Shown here piece after piece: positions 29,321 to 43,597 of a stretch of 64,000 nucleotides of DNA (position 1 is its first letter; each line of letters begins with the position of its first letter). The DNA is from Octopus vulgaris (Eukaryota), in assembly GCA_951406725.2 (NCBI GenBank), contig OX597826.1:48608001-48672000 (forward strand), in the 5' to 3' direction. The position numbers were made by a program, and so were the translations under genes. The notes under the pieces were generated by a model. The model was not told the origin of the DNA. It searched no databases and was given only the letters and a program-made list of their open reading frames with translations.

Positions 29321-30316
29321 CAGAAACACACACATATACACACACATATGCATGCATGTGCAGAAATATACACATGTATACTGAGAGAATTAGAAAGAGG
29401 GAGGGGGGTAACATTGCAATTTATTAAATAAATACAATTGGCATAACTAGTTTTCCCCTTCTTATACACATATAGAGAAATATGCAGACACACATAAATT
29501 AGGCAAAATGGGAGAAAAGAGGAGAGAAGGTGAGAAGCATAAAAAATTCTGATGTCAAATAAGTCAGCATCAAATCAGTGATGCCAAATAGGCAGGGGCC
29601 AAAACAGCAAGGCCAAAACAGCAGGGCCAAAACATCTCATACTCTTTGAGAAGATGGGGGTTAGTTGGTGCCATCAATCTTAATATTAGACTGATACTTC
29701 ATTCTATCAATCCCAAATAGAAAGATGGAAGGCAAAGTTGACCCCAGCAGCATTTGAAATCAGGATGTGAAGAAGCAGAAGAAATGCCACTGCAAGACAT
29801 TTTATCTGACATTCTAACAATTCCACTATCTTGCTGCCTTTAAATGGAATCATAATGAAGATAATCCTCAAAGGTGTTTTGAAGCCAAAGATTTTTTGGT
29901 TAAGAATAATAAAGGGGTTGGAATGTTTTGGTGTTTCTTGTGAGTATTAGCATCATAAATGAAGTTACAACTAGCATTATTAAAACAAATTATGCTAATT
30001 TCAAATTAGGACATTTCTCATTTTAACAAAATCTAATTGATGGTAACAACCATGTTAGATATGGTTCCAAGCACAATTGCTCATTCATCCAAATAATAGT
30101 TATATGTTTTCTCTCTCTGTTAAGGGTTAATAATTAATTTCTGATTAATATAAATTGGTTTCTGGTTGATAATTAAAAATCTCCTGTGAAAATATTTGAA
30201 AAGAATATGGAGTCAAAGTGTTATGTTTAGTGTTGTTACCCCAGGTTAACAAATTTGATATGAACATGTTATGACAGATTTACCCTAGGTTGATATGACA
30301 AAAACTATTGTATGTA

Positions 30317-31550
30317 TCAGGTCATCCCATAAGTTCTGTTCGAATTTTGAATAAAGAAAACAAGTGATCAACTGTTATATTTAATTGAGATTTAATCATC
30401 AATGTACTTTCCCTGATTATCTATGACTTCCTTCCATCTATTTACAGGCTTTTTAATACCATCAATGTAAAACTCTTTTGGTTTCAAAGTGATGAACTCT
30501 GAAATGTCTGTTCTGACCTCCTCCTGCCTTGAGAAAGTTATGTCCCCCAAATGTTCTGTAAACTATGAAACTAATGGTAGTCTGAAGGAGCCAGGTTGGG
30601 AGAATAAGGTGGATGAAGAATTTTTTCCCAACCAAGCTCTTTGATCTTCTGTGATGTGATCTTAGCAGTGTGGGGTTGCGCATTGTCCTGATGAAACACT
30701 AAAGTGGGTCATTTTTCTTCAAAGCTTAGTTCAAACGCTCTAATTGCTGACAGTAGACTGATTGTTGAATTAGGTGGTAACAATTTTCAAAGTGAATTAC
30801 TCCTTTGCAATCCCACCAGAACCTTTTTCCCATGAAGTTCCCCTCTCAGTTGTGGTTGAGCTTTTTCCCTTTTACCAAGCCACTATTTACAATGCTTAAC
30901 ATTTCGATAAAAGATCCATTTTTCGTCACCAGTCACAAGTCTATCCAAAAAGGGTGAAATGAGTTTGTGAGAATGGAGAGAAGAGCAGATGTCAACTCGG
31001 GTTGCTTTTGGACAATTCATGAGGCACCCATTTTTCAAGTTGTTGAAGATGACGATGAATAGTTGTATGGTTTGAACTAAGCTTTATTGCCAATTCTTTA
31101 GAAGATATAATGCAGGATTTTCTTCAAGTAATGCCTCAAGGAGCTTACCATGAAACTCAACTGGATGTCCTGTTCAATCTTCCTCTTCAAGGCTGAAATC
31201 TCCACTTCTGAATTTTGCAAACCATCTTCTGCAAGTTCTTTCATCCAAGCATTCTTTCCCATTAGCTGAGTGTATGTTTCAAGTCGTTTCGGCTGTAGAG
31301 TTTCCTTTTTTGTACTATGGTGAAACTGTTTGTGAAATGGACAAGAATCACAGACCCGAGACAATACATTGCAGTCTTCAGCCAAGCCTTTGCCAATATT
31401 TTCATGATCCAGGTCTGCTTGGAGAGAAGAAAGTAAAGGCAGATACAGAGGTAGTCTTCCCCAATAAATTTCTTGAAAGTGAGGTGAGAGTATCAAGAAC
31501 AACCCAGGTAAATTGCTCTTTTCTGAGCATGCACTTGCTAACTAGAGTAT
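30317..31550 (-). pseudogene. mariner (DD34D) element remnant
   Basis: Minus strand LDRLVTGDEKWIFY, DNAQPHT, LGWEKILHPPYSPNLAPSDYH; TA followed by a TIR-like end at 30317. Confidence 0.85.
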
Positions 31551-31564
31551 TTACAACTGAAATA

Positions 31565-31797
31565 TATTTCTTTACTACCCACAAGGGGATAAATACAGAG
31601 GGGACAAACAAGGACAGACAAAGGGATTAAGTCGACTACATCGACCCCAGTGGGTAACTGGTACTTAATTTATCAACCCCGGAAGGATGAAAGGCAAAGT
31701 CGACCTCGGCAGAATTTGAACTCGGAACGTAACGACAGACGAAATACGGCTACGAATTTCACCCGGCATGCTAACGTTTCTACCAGCTCGCCGCCTT
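31565..31797 (-). mobile_element. Young SINE B with TSD tatttacaactgaaata
   Basis: Direct repeat on both flanks (about 31548-31564 and 31797-31813). Confidence 0.9.
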
Positions 31798-31928
31798 ATT
31801 TACAACTGAAATAGGTTGCTTAATCTTGGTGTCCAAGGTAATTCTGGATTTGTGCAGTTCCTTAATTGGCCCTAAACAGCATTTCTAACTTCTAGGCACT
31901 CTGTCACAAATTTGTAAATGGAATTCAC

Positions 31929-32040
31929 CATTACTACATTTTTCCCCCCTTTTCCTCTTTCAGTTGGAATCAATGTGACCAACAGAGGCATTCTTGTAAA
32001 AATTGTCAATGGAATGCTTCCCTTCTCCTTGTCCATTAAC
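31929..32040 (-). other. Candidate exon (112 nt)
   Basis: Acceptor cttcttttattgtttcAG; donor G|GTGAAT; unique sequence. Confidence 0.3.
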
Positions 32041-32894
32041 CTGAAACAATAAAAGAAGCAAATATTATTATTGATATTGCTATTCTCATCCACATCATCA
32101 TCGTCGTCGTCGTCGTCATCGTCGTCATCGTCATCATCATCATCATCATCCACATTGTCATCATCATCAAACATTTTCCTTCTCCTCATCACAGTTGTCA
32201 TCATCTTCAGCTTCACAATCATCATCACCACCATTATCATCATCATCGTCGTCGTCGTCGTCGTCATCATCATCATCATCATCATCATCATCACTTCCAT
32301 CATTATCAACATCATCATCATCATCATCATGAAGAGCAGTAGCAGCAGCAGCACAATTATTAATCTTTATTTATTTATTTATTTATTTATTTCATTTTTT
32401 TGGCAATGTTCCTAACCTCACCAACTCTGACAGGCTCTGCACAACCAACAACCAAAAACATCACCAACAACAACACCAAGCACACCACTGCCAAACACGA
32501 CCACTACCAACATTAACACCACCAACAACACCATCAACAACACCACCCACACTGACCCCCTCTTGCCACCACCACCACCATCATCACCAACACTACCATT
32601 ACCACCGTCACTGCCATCACTACCACCACCACCACCACCACAATCACCAAACACCACTACTACTACTAACACCAACACCAGCAACACCAACATCAGCACC
32701 TCCACCAACACCACCACCACTATCTTCTCTCCTTGCAGAAGCTTTTGAAAGATGCTTCCATGGTAAATGGCAGCAGTAGTGGTGGTCGTGGGGGCATGGG
32801 GTTGGCAGCAGTGATGATGGTATTGGTGATGGTAGTGGCAGTGATACTGGTTGTAGTAGTGTTGGTGGTGATCGTAGTGGTGGTGGTGGTGGTA

Positions 32895-33560
32895 TTGCTG
32901 GTGGTAGTGGTGGAGTTTCTCACAATGGTGGTGGTGATGGTGGTAGTGATGGTGGTAGTGGTGGAGGTTCTCACAATGGTGGTGGTATTGGTGGTGGTGA
33001 TGGTGGTAGTGGTGGAGGTTCTCACAATGGTGGTGGTATTGGTGGTGGTGATGGTGGTAGTGGTGGAGGTTCTCACAATGGTGGTGGTATTAGGTAGTGG
33101 TGATGGTGGTAGTGGTGGAGTTTCTCACAATGGTGGTGGTGATGGTGGTAGTGATGGTGGTAGTGGTGGAGGTTCTCACAATGGTGGTGGTATTGGTGGT
33201 GGTGATGGTGTTAGTGGTGGAGGTTCTCACAATGGTGGTGGTATTGGTGGTGGTGATGGTGGTAGTGGTGGAGGTTCTCACGATGGTGGTGGTATTGGTA
33301 GTGGTGATGGTGGTAGTGGTGGAGTTTCTCACAATGGTGGTGGTGATGGTGGTAGTGATGGTGGTAGTGGTGGAGGTTCTCACAATGGTGGTGGTGATGG
33401 TGGTAGTGATGGTGGTAGTGGTGGAGGTTCTCACAATGGTGGTGGTATTGGTGGTGGTGATGGTGGTAGTGGTGGAGGTTCTCACAATGGTGGTGGTATT
33501 GGTGGTGGTGATGGTGGATGTTCTCACAATGGTGGTGGTGGTGGTGGTGGTGGTGGTGGA
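32895..33560. repeat. 51-bp GGT-rich minisatellite, about 13 units
   Basis: TCTCAC anchor recurs every 51 bp from 32918 to 33480. Confidence 0.95.
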
Positions 33561-34688
33561 GGAGGGGAGTAAGAGTGAAGGTGCTGGTGATAACATTGAT
33601 GGTGATGGCAGAGCAGATTCTTGTTCAAGCGAATGTAAAAAAAAAATAATAAATAAATAAATAAATAAAAATAGAAAATAATAAAAAACAAACAAATACA
33701 CACACGCTACAATTCTTCTCCCCTGTAGAAAGAAGCAGTGCCTCTCTGTAACAATCTAATGACCACAATTAACCATTAATTATACTCTAATCCTGGCTTT
33801 TAGCTGGCAATCAAATCTGAAGAATTTCTTTTTTTACTCCTCATCTGCTAATTGTTCCTGATAATAACGTAACCATTTCCTTATTGTTTGTTTTGTGTGT
33901 TTATTTTGTTTTGTTATTGTTCTTTTTATATTTTGTAGGCAAGTTTTTGTGATTTTATTTACTTTATTTTAGATTTTATGTTTGCGTGTGTTGTTTTGTT
34001 ATTTGTTATATTTTGGGAAGGTTTTTCTTCTTTTTTTTTTTACTCGGTCTTAGCTGTTATTTTTTTGGGTTTCTATTTTCTACTTTTTTGTTTGTTTGTT
34101 TGTTTTATGATTTTTTTTTCATTTTTGATTGTTGTTTTTCTTTATTATCATTTACATAAGTGTATATGTCATTTATACACACATACATACATACATACTA
34201 ATATATATGCATGTATACATGTATTATATGCAAATACACACATACACACATATATACATCTACAAACACACACACATATATGTATATATGTATATTTATG
34301 CATATATGTATGTATGTATATATATATATACTCACACATATATATATGTATATGTATATATGTATATATACACACACATATATACATAGGTATATGGATG
34401 CACACACACATACACACATATATATACATGCATGCATACATGCATGTATGCATGTAATTATATATACACACATGTATATATACATACATATATACATACA
34501 TACATACATACATATATACATACATTCATACAAGCATACATACAAACATACATACATTCATACATACATACATACATACATACATACATTCATACATACA
34601 TACATACATACATACATACATACATACATACATACATACATACATACATGCATACATACATACATACATACATACATACATACATACA

Positions 34689-34719
<31 letters not shown>

Positions 34720-35095
34720 GATAATGATTTAATATAGACAATGATAGGCAGAGAACAGCTGCAGAAAGCAAGAAAGACGACATGAGATGATGAGAGATAT
34801 TACAAAGAGTCTGGTGTTTGCTAATATGGAATTACATATGTAACACTGATAATGCTTACGAAGATAATGTTGATGGTGGATGAAGATAATAATGTTGAGA
34901 AAGAATATCTTGAGATGAGATGGTGATATTTATCAACCTCAATCGTTTTTGTGATTCCAATATGAATTACTATATTCCTGTCATTATATGCATGAGTACA
35001 AATATTCACACACGTGTTACACACACTCACATGTGTGTGTGTGAGTGTGTGTATGTGTGTGTGTGCGTGCATGTGTGGGCTTTTTCGTTTTTCCT

Positions 35096-35130
35096 CTTTC
35101 TGATGAAGAGCTATGCTCGAAACATCACAC
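35096..35130 (+). ncRNA. Hammerhead-like core (stem I degenerate)
   Basis: CTGATGA-a-gagc-tat-gctc-GAAAC-ATC; same family as 40615-40649 and 46125-46160. Confidence 0.55.
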
Positions 35131-35249
35131 CCTCTCATTTTTTTTTTTTCATCTTAAACTTTCTCTGAGTGTCAATTTGATTCATTCACAGGGTACATCT
35201 TCTTGGTTTTCAAATTCAAGATCGAGATCAAAATGGATATTGTGGTTGA

Positions 35250-35605
35250 GGCTGATGCCAGTCCTGCCTGACTGGCACTTGTGTTGGTGGCATGTAATAA
35301 GCACCTTTCAAGTGTAGGTCAATGCCAGTTCCTAACTGTCTCCCTGTGCTGGTGGCACATAGAAAGCACCATCCGGATGTGGTCGATGCCAGTGCCACCT
35401 GACTGGCTCGTTAAATGCTAGTGGCACGTAAAAAGCACCCCCTACACTCCCAGAGTGGTTGACATTAGGAAGGGCATCCAGCTGTGGAAACCTTGCCAGA
35501 TCAGACTGGAGTCTGGCACAGCCTTTTGGTTTGCCAGTCCCCAGTCAAACCATCCAACCCATGCCAGCATGGAAAACGGATGTTAAACGATGATGATGAT
35601 GATGA
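35250..35605 (+). mobile_element. Family C repeat
   Basis: tgccagtggcacgtaaaagcacc units and (GAT)n tail. Confidence 0.8.
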
Positions 35606-35989
35606 TTATCACACTCTCACATGGATCTTCCAGCAGTGATATGGAGTACTTAATTGTTGGATTACTTTACACTTGGATTACATTACACCACTGAATTCCC
35701 CCAGAGGTGCCCAAGCCTGGCTGCAATCTAATGACAGAAAGAAGATAAAAGAAGTTTGCTAACCAACCATATGGTTCTGGGTTCAGTCCTACTGTGTGGC
35801 ACCTTGAGTAAGTGTCTCAACTATAGCCTCAGGCCAACCAAAGCCTTGTTAGTGGATTTGGGAGATGGAAACTGAAAGAAGCCTGTAGAGGACTTGCCTG
35901 CAAGATTCCTGCTAGCACTGGTCAAACCATCCAACCAATGCTAGCATGGAAAATGGACATTAAAGTATGATGACCACCACCATTACCAT

Positions 35990-36020
<31 letters not shown>

Positions 36021-36869
36021 AGCAGCTTAATCGCTGCTGCTGCTGCCACCACCACCACCACCATTATCATCACCCTCATCATCATCATCATTGTCCCTGC
36101 TGCTACTGTCATCATCATTGTCATTGTTGTTTTCATCTAAATCATCATCACCATCATCATCATGGCTGTCATCATCATCATCATCATCATCACACCACAG
36201 TACTAAGCTTACTTCTAGTTCCTCTAATTCGTTTTTATTATTCAGTTCAGCACACACAAGTGAAATGATTAGGGAGAAATATGATAGACCCTTTAAATTA
36301 ATATTTAACACAGAAGTAAAAGCAAGAAAGAAAAAAAAAAAAGAAAGAAAGAAAGATGGTAATGGTCATGAATACTCAAGCTCTCTCGTAATAATTCATC
36401 GTTATAACATTGTTAATTGGGTAGTAAAAATATTAACAAGACTAGAGAGAAAGATATGAAAAATAATGATTGCATTTAGAATACACCACCTACAATCTGA
36501 TTCACAAACATATCTATTGCAAATATAAAGAAACGAGAGATTTATGCAAATAGAAAACTATTATGAAATACCCACAGAGGGACTACGAAAATATCATGTA
36601 TAGAAACTAATGTAAAGGTGAACGAAACTGAAAGAAAACAATGTGCAGACAGTGAAGTGATGGACATTTGCAGGGGGGGGGGGGGAGAAGAGGGGAAACA
36701 AATGAAATTAAGAAAAGGTTAGAAACTAATCTAAAAAATGGTGTGGGTGGATGTTATGGCAAAGCAATGGCAAGGAAAGACCTTATATGGTTATCATCAA
36801 CAACATTCATTATCATCGCCATCATCATAATCATCATCATCATCATCATCATCATCGTTTAACGTCTGC

Positions 36870-37664
36870 TTTCCAAGATATAGCACCCCCCATCCCCCAC
36901 CAGATCATCTCAGATCCTCCTCCATGTTTAACAGTTGGAAGAAGGCAGTCTGGGTCAAATGCTTCTTTTGGCTGTCTCCACATGTATACTTTGCCGGTGG
37001 TCGGAAATAAGGTAAAGGATGACATGTCTGAGATAAAAACATTCTTCAACTCATCTAGGGACCAATTCTGTAGGTTTTTACTCCACTCTAAACGCTTTGC
37101 AACATTTATTTTTTAAAGTAGTGGTTTTCTAATTGCAGCCCTCCTTTGAAATCTGACTTTGTGCAGCTTCCAGTGAACAGTTTTTATGGAAACTGGGTTC
37201 TCGAGGTGGTTATTAGTCTCTGCAGTAATTTTGGGAGCTGTACTTTTGTGATCCCTTCTAACAATTTGCTTAAGTGTCTGATGGTTCCTATCTGAAAGTT
37301 TTGGCTTTCTTCGGGAATTTTGTTTCAACAAGGAGGTTTTTACCTCTTTCTCAAAAGCTGTCATTACTTTCAAGACAGTACTTGTAGATACACCAAACAT
37401 TTCAGCTGTTTTTGTTATGCTAACACTTGCCATATGAGCACCAACAATTTGACCTCTTTGAAAGTCCAATAGATCTGTCATTTTAAAGAATTTTAATTAC
37501 CTTTTTCATATGATATCTGAAAAGCAACAGTAATTTTAGCAAAACATATTAAGCAACACTAATAATAAATAAAATACATAAAAATAAACAAGTTTTTGAT
37601 GGTTTTATAGATATTTCAAAATTATGATGCTATGATGCTAGGTGTTTCCATTATTTTGCCCAAC
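36870..37664 (-). pseudogene. Tc1-family transposon 5' half (paired-like HTH and start of DDE domain)
   Basis: MTDLLDFQRGQIVGA...RKPKLSDRN...RRAAIRKPLL, then VFISDMSSFTLF...VWRQPKEAFDPDCLLPTVKHGGGSEMIW. Confidence 0.9.
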
Positions 37665-38265
37665 CTTACTCTCTTTACTCTTTTACTTGTTTCAGTCATT
37701 TGACTGTGGCCATGCTGGAGCACTGCCTTTAGTCGAGCAAATTGACCCTAGGACTTATTCTTTGTAAGCCTAGTACTTATTCTTTCGGTCTCTTTTGCCG
37801 AACCGCTAAGTTACGGGGACATAAACACACCAGCATTGGTTGTAAATCGATGTTGGGGGACAAACACAGACACACAAATACACACACACACACATATATA
37901 TATATACGACAGGCTTCTTTCAGTTTCCATCTACCAAATCCACTCACAAGGCTTTGGTTGGCCCGAGGCTATAGTAGAAGACACTTGCACAAAGTGCCAC
38001 ACAGTGGGACTGAACCCAGAACCATGTGATTGGTAAGCAAGCTACTTACCACACCACCACTTGTGTGTCTGTGTTTCTCCCCCCTGCCCACAATCACTTG
38101 ATGTTGCTGTGTTTATGTCCTCCTAACTTAGCAGTACAGCAAAAGAGACCGATACAATAAGTACTAGGCTTCCAAAGAATAAGTCCTGGGGTTGATTTAT
38201 TCGACTAATAGGCGGTGCTCCAGCATGGCCACAGTCAAAATGACTGGAACAAATAAAAGAATACA
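37665..38265. mobile_element. SINE A copies in opposite orientations
   Basis: 37665-38060 (-) followed by a 3' part at 38090-38265 (+). Confidence 0.8.
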
Positions 38266-39704
38266 AGAAACTGTAACAGACACAATGAAATACTTTTTTT
38301 TAATATGGTAATAAAAATAAAAGCATAAAAAATAAAAACAGAAATAAAATATAAAACATAATGCAAAAATACAATAAGAGAAAGAAGAAAAAAATTTAAT
38401 GGCATTTTTATGGTTTCATGCTTCCTTTTACTTGTGTTAATATGCATTTTCAATTTATAATAAGTTACCAAATATATTCCTCTTTCTTTTAATATGATCA
38501 CATATGTTGGTATTGTTAGCATTTTCTGTTGGTTTGGTAGACAGCTTGTCATTTGTGTGTTTGGTGGAAGTCAGGTTTTCTGTACATAACTTCCTTTGTG
38601 ATTTTTTTTCAGTCCTGTATTGACACACACATTGCATGAATATACATGAACGTATACACAAATACGCATACTCCCACACGCATGTGCACGCACACACCCA
38701 CACACAAATATGCATGCATAAATACACATGCGTACACAAACATATAGATACACACATACACAAGCACAGACATACAAATGCACATGCGCACATGCACACA
38801 TGCACACACATGCATATGCAAACACACACACATGTACAAACGCACATGCATACAAAAACACATTCACATACACACGTGCAGGCACATACACACACATGCA
38901 TACACAGACACACACATGAACAAATGCACATACATACAAAAACACATAAACACACACTTGCAAGCACATACACACATGTGCATACACAAACACACCGGAA
39001 CATGTGTGCAGACACAGACATGCATAAGCATACACATATATAAACACATATACATACACATACATATGTATACACACACGGACAAACACATATACACATA
39101 CACGCACACACAACCACACACACATACCAGCCTATCTGATCACACAAACACACATGCATGTGCACATGCACACACACACACATCCTTTCAGGGTCAATAA
39201 ATTAAGTACCAATTGTATACTGGTGTCAATCTAATTGACTGGACCCCTCCCCCAAAATTTCAGGCCTTGTGCGTAGAGTAGAAAAGAATATTAAAGGCAA
39301 TAAGAAATGTTAGCACACCAGGCAAGATGCTTAGCTGTATTTCATTTGTTTTTACGTTCTGAGTTCAAATTCTGCCAAGGACAGTTTTGCCTTTCATCCT
39401 TTTGGGGGTCGATAAATTAAGTACCAGTTTCATACTGGGTCAATCTAATCGACTGGCCCCTTCCCCCAAAATTTCAGACTTTGTGACTAGAATAGTAGAG
39501 AATATATTCTCTTACTTTCTGCACACAGTGTTCAAAACCCCATCAAAATTGGCTGATTTTCTGCCTCCTGAGTTAATAAAAATATGCCCATCAATAGCAA
39601 TGTCTTGCAAGAACTATTGCTTTATGTCACCAAATGCCTAAATATACTGGAACTAATTCACTATGTTCCATGTTCAAATCCTTATACTTATATATATATT
39701 TGTT

Positions 39705-40005
39705 GTGAAGGTGCATGGCTTAGTGGTTAGGGTATTCGGCTGGTGATTCCCAGTGACATGTTTTGTCCTTGAGCAAGATCCTTTATTTCATTTTGCTCCA
39801 GTCCATTCAGCTGGCATAAATGAGTTATTCCTGTATTTCAAAGGGCCGGCCTTGTCACACTTTCTGTCATGCTGAATCTCCTTGAGAACTACGTTAGGGG
39901 TACTCTTGTCTGTGGATTGCTCAATCACTTGCATGTTAATTTCACGAACAGGCTGTTCTGTTGATCGTGTCAGCTGGGACCCTCGTCATCGTAACCAACG
40001 GATTG
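39705..40005 (+). mobile_element. tRNA-derived SINE family D (ggtgcatggcttagtggttaggg head)
   Basis: Related copies at 58665-58925, 61570-61875, 62101-62248 (-) and 62293-62560. Confidence 0.75.
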
Positions 40006-40007
40006 CA

Positions 40008-40064
<57 letters not shown>

Positions 40065-40194
40065 ATATATATACTTATATTTAAATAATAAGGGTGACAA
40101 ATTGAATATTAATTTGATTAATATCAATTTAAAACCGGTGGCCTAGCATATTGAACAGTCTGAAGAATCAGAAAATTTATATTACAAAAATTTT

Positions 40195-40456
40195 AGAGGG
40201 ATGATCCCTAAGTGGACATCCATTATGCTGAGGTAGAGCCCATATGGTCTGACCACTAAGAAAAGACTGTTCTCAAGAAAATTCAGCAAATGCCAGAATG
40301 TAAGCAAGTACTTTATATTTTATATCTTCTCATTTGCCTTGCTCACTTACATTCTGGTGTTTGCTGAATTTTCTTGAGAACAATCATTTCTTAGTGGTCA
40401 GACCATATGGGGTCTCCCTCTAGCATAATGGATGTCCACTTAGTGGTCATCCCTCT
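40195..40456. repeat. Fold-back inverted repeat with about 115-bp arms
   Basis: ctaagtggacatccattatgct...gaatgtaag is inverted at 40345-40456. Confidence 0.85.
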
Positions 40457-40468
40457 TATATGTATATA

Positions 40469-40520
<52 letters not shown>

Positions 40521-40739
40521 ATCCAAATAAGAAAGCACAAAAAAACACAACAACGCGAGGACGTGGAACAAATATAATATTATTGGACGCTCAGGAAAGA
40601 AGGAAAGAAGGAGGGTTTAACGTTTTGAGCGGAGCTCTTCGTCGGAAACATAGGGGAAGGAAAGATCCAGAGAAGGGAAGACAGAGGGAAAAAGATTGTC
40701 AACAGTACACACGCGGTCACATTTATATATGTATATATT

Positions 40740-40790
<51 letters not shown>

Positions 40791-40822
40791 GTGTATGTGT
40801 GGGTATATATATACATATATAT

Positions 40823-40876
<54 letters not shown>

Positions 40877-41035
40877 ATATCTATTTCTAGCAGCACATGG
40901 TGATGCATTAAGCTGACCCCTTGTTATAATTATGTATATAATTATAAAATGAATTGTAAATACATACATACATATAAATATATATATACACATATACATA
41001 TATATATGTTCACACATACATACATACATACATAC

Positions 41036-41075
<40 letters not shown>

Positions 41076-41474
41076 ATATAAAAATACAGTGTACATTTAA
41101 ATACATAAGAGGAAATCTGACCCGCTAGAAGGAGTAGTTAAACTCCAAACCACTATTAGGGGTAATTTCGAAAGGGAATGAAAAATAAAAATATTTACCC
41201 TCTATTTAAACACAAGGCATATTCTGTATCACCTTGTCTTTATAAGTTAATCTTGGCTTTCCTACTGATGAGAGCTTCACCAAGTAAATTATTATATTTG
41301 CTAAAGATAGCTTGAAACCATGGTATAGGAAATAGAGGGTAAATGTTTTTATTTTTCATTCCCTGTCGAAATTACCCCTACTAGTGGTTTGGAGTTTAAC
41401 TACTCCTTCTAGAGGGTAAGATGTCCTGTTATGGCCATTTCTTATGTGCTTAAATGTACACTGTATTTTTATAT
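41076..41474. mobile_element. Fold-back element enclosing a hammerhead
   Basis: 41076-41205 is inverted at 41331-41474. Confidence 0.85.
41258..41332 (+). ncRNA. Minimal type-I hammerhead ribozyme motif, intact core
   Basis: tttccta-CTGATGA-gagct...agctt-GAAA-CCATG-GTA-taggaaa: 7-bp stem I, 5-bp stem II, palindrome ACCATGGT, GUA triplet. Confidence 0.85.
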
Positions 41475-41911
41475 GAACAATATATAGTCTATTGACTAGT
41501 TTTTTTCTTCTCACTAGACCACTGGTACCAAAGAAATTTTCTTAATTTTTTTTGCTGCCCTGGAATTTATTAATAATGATATGTATGTATATATATATAT
41601 ATACTTATATATGAATGTATAACATATACATATTATCTCCCTTTCGTTCAGCCCTCTTCTAACTATTTCATCATGTTGAACCGTTAATCCCTACAAAAAG
41701 TTCTTTTCTCTCTTTTGTTTTCTTTTGATTCTCTCTTCCTTTTTTTCCACTTAATCTTTTGTATCAAAGGGTCAAAATGTAAAAGACTTTCCCATTCTAC
41801 CTGTGCATCGATGTAAGACAGCTGTTTGTTGTTCCTTCACCTGCCTTCATCCTTTGTTTTCTGTAAATTTGAACAATATATAACACACACACTCTTACAT
41901 ATATATATATA

Positions 41912-42307
41912 CTAGCAGTATTGCCCGGCGTTGCTCGGGTTTGTAAGGGAAATAACTATATAAGAATTTTTAGAGAGTTATAGCCAAAAAATAGCAAAAA
42001 AATGCATTAAAAATGGAAAACAAATGATGGTAAATTTTTTTTAATCGTTGACTCATCGTAGACATTTTTAGAGAGTTACTTCCCTTATATAATAACGAAA
42101 AAATGCATTAAAATGGAAAAAAATGATGGTAATTTTTTTTTTAAATCGTAGACTCATCGTAGACGCGCGCTAATACACAGAAGGGCTCGATATGAATCAC
42201 GACTATAAGATACCCGGTTTTGGTTAAACTGCACTGCAAAATGTGGGAGTAGTTAGGAATCTAAATCGTAGGAGACAAACACACAACTTGACTTTTATAT
42301 ATAAAGA
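41912..42307 (-). mobile_element. Non-autonomous Helitron
   Basis: Minus strand 5' TCTTTATATATAAAAG; 3' hairpin cccgagcaacgccggg and CTAG; A|T target. Confidence 0.9.
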
Positions 42308-43445
42308 TATGTAAATATCTATATATGTATATATTATACAGGTAGTTAGGATAAATCCCATCTGTTTTTTCTTCAAGCATATCTGCTTATTCTATTATTC
42401 AATGAAATATGTAGTCACAGTTGCTGCTGTACATTAATTTAAACCCATATTAAAATTGAGAATTATGGAATATATTTGTAGTGTAATTGTATAATAAAAC
42501 AGTAAAGTGAAAACATTTTGGGGTTACTTATTATATAATAAATTGTATCAGAATATTACCACTTTCCTAGTTTCTCTTATATATATATTCTTATATTCTT
42601 TTATTCTTTTACTTGTTTCAGTCATTTGACTGCAGCCATGCTGGAGTAACGACTTTAGTCGAACAAATAAATCCCAGGACTTCTTTGTAAGCATAGGACT
42701 TATTCTGTCAGTTTCTTTTGCTAAACCACTAGGTTATGGGGACGTAAACACATCAACATTGGTCGTCAAGTGATGTAGGGGGGACAAACATAGACACACA
42801 CAAATATATATATATATATATATATATACGATGGGCTTCTTTCAATTTCCGTCAACCAAATCCACTCATAAAACATTGGTCAGCCTGAGGCTATAGCAGA
42901 AGACACTTGCCCAAGGTGCCACACAATGTGACCGAAACCGGAACCATGTGGTTGGGAAGCAAGCTTCTTACCACACAGCCAATATATATATATATATATA
43001 TCATCATCATCATCATCATCATCATTATAATCATCTTCATCATCATTATCATCATCATCATCATCATCGTTTAATATCTGCTTTTCATGCTGGCGTGGGT
43101 TGGATGGTTTGACATAGAGCTGGCTATCAGAGAGCTGTCCAGACTCCAATTCTGTATTGTGGCAGGATTTCTACAGCTGGATGCCCTTCCTAATGCCAAC
43201 CACTTAACAGTGCGTTAGGTGCCTTTTATGTGCCAACAGCATGGGTGAATTTACACAGCACTAGCATAGGTGCATCTGCATAGCACTGGCATAGATGCTC
43301 TTCAAGTGGCACTGGTGCCTGAAAGAACAAGCCTGTATGTATGGAAGACAGCAATTTTGTTTAGTTTCACATGTTTTATAAAGTACAGCAAATTTCCACA
43401 TCTCCCAGTCCCTTGTCATTTTCCAAGTGAGGTCCAGCATCCACT

Positions 43446-43480
<35 letters not shown>

Positions 43481-43534
43481 CTTATTAATCAGACCTCATA
43501 TGTGTGTATGTTTGTGTGTATATGTGTATGTGTG

Positions 43535-43597
<63 letters not shown>

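Noticed and set aside
32739-32762. Plus-strand 24-nt microexon (ccttgcAG...ATG|GTAAAT)
   Set aside because: Isolated signal with no other plus-strand exons in support; plausible by chance
32733-33572. Gly/His-rich structural protein resembling squid beak or sucker proteins
   Set aside because: Minisatellite open in several frames on both strands, with a frame-shifting insertion and no signal peptide
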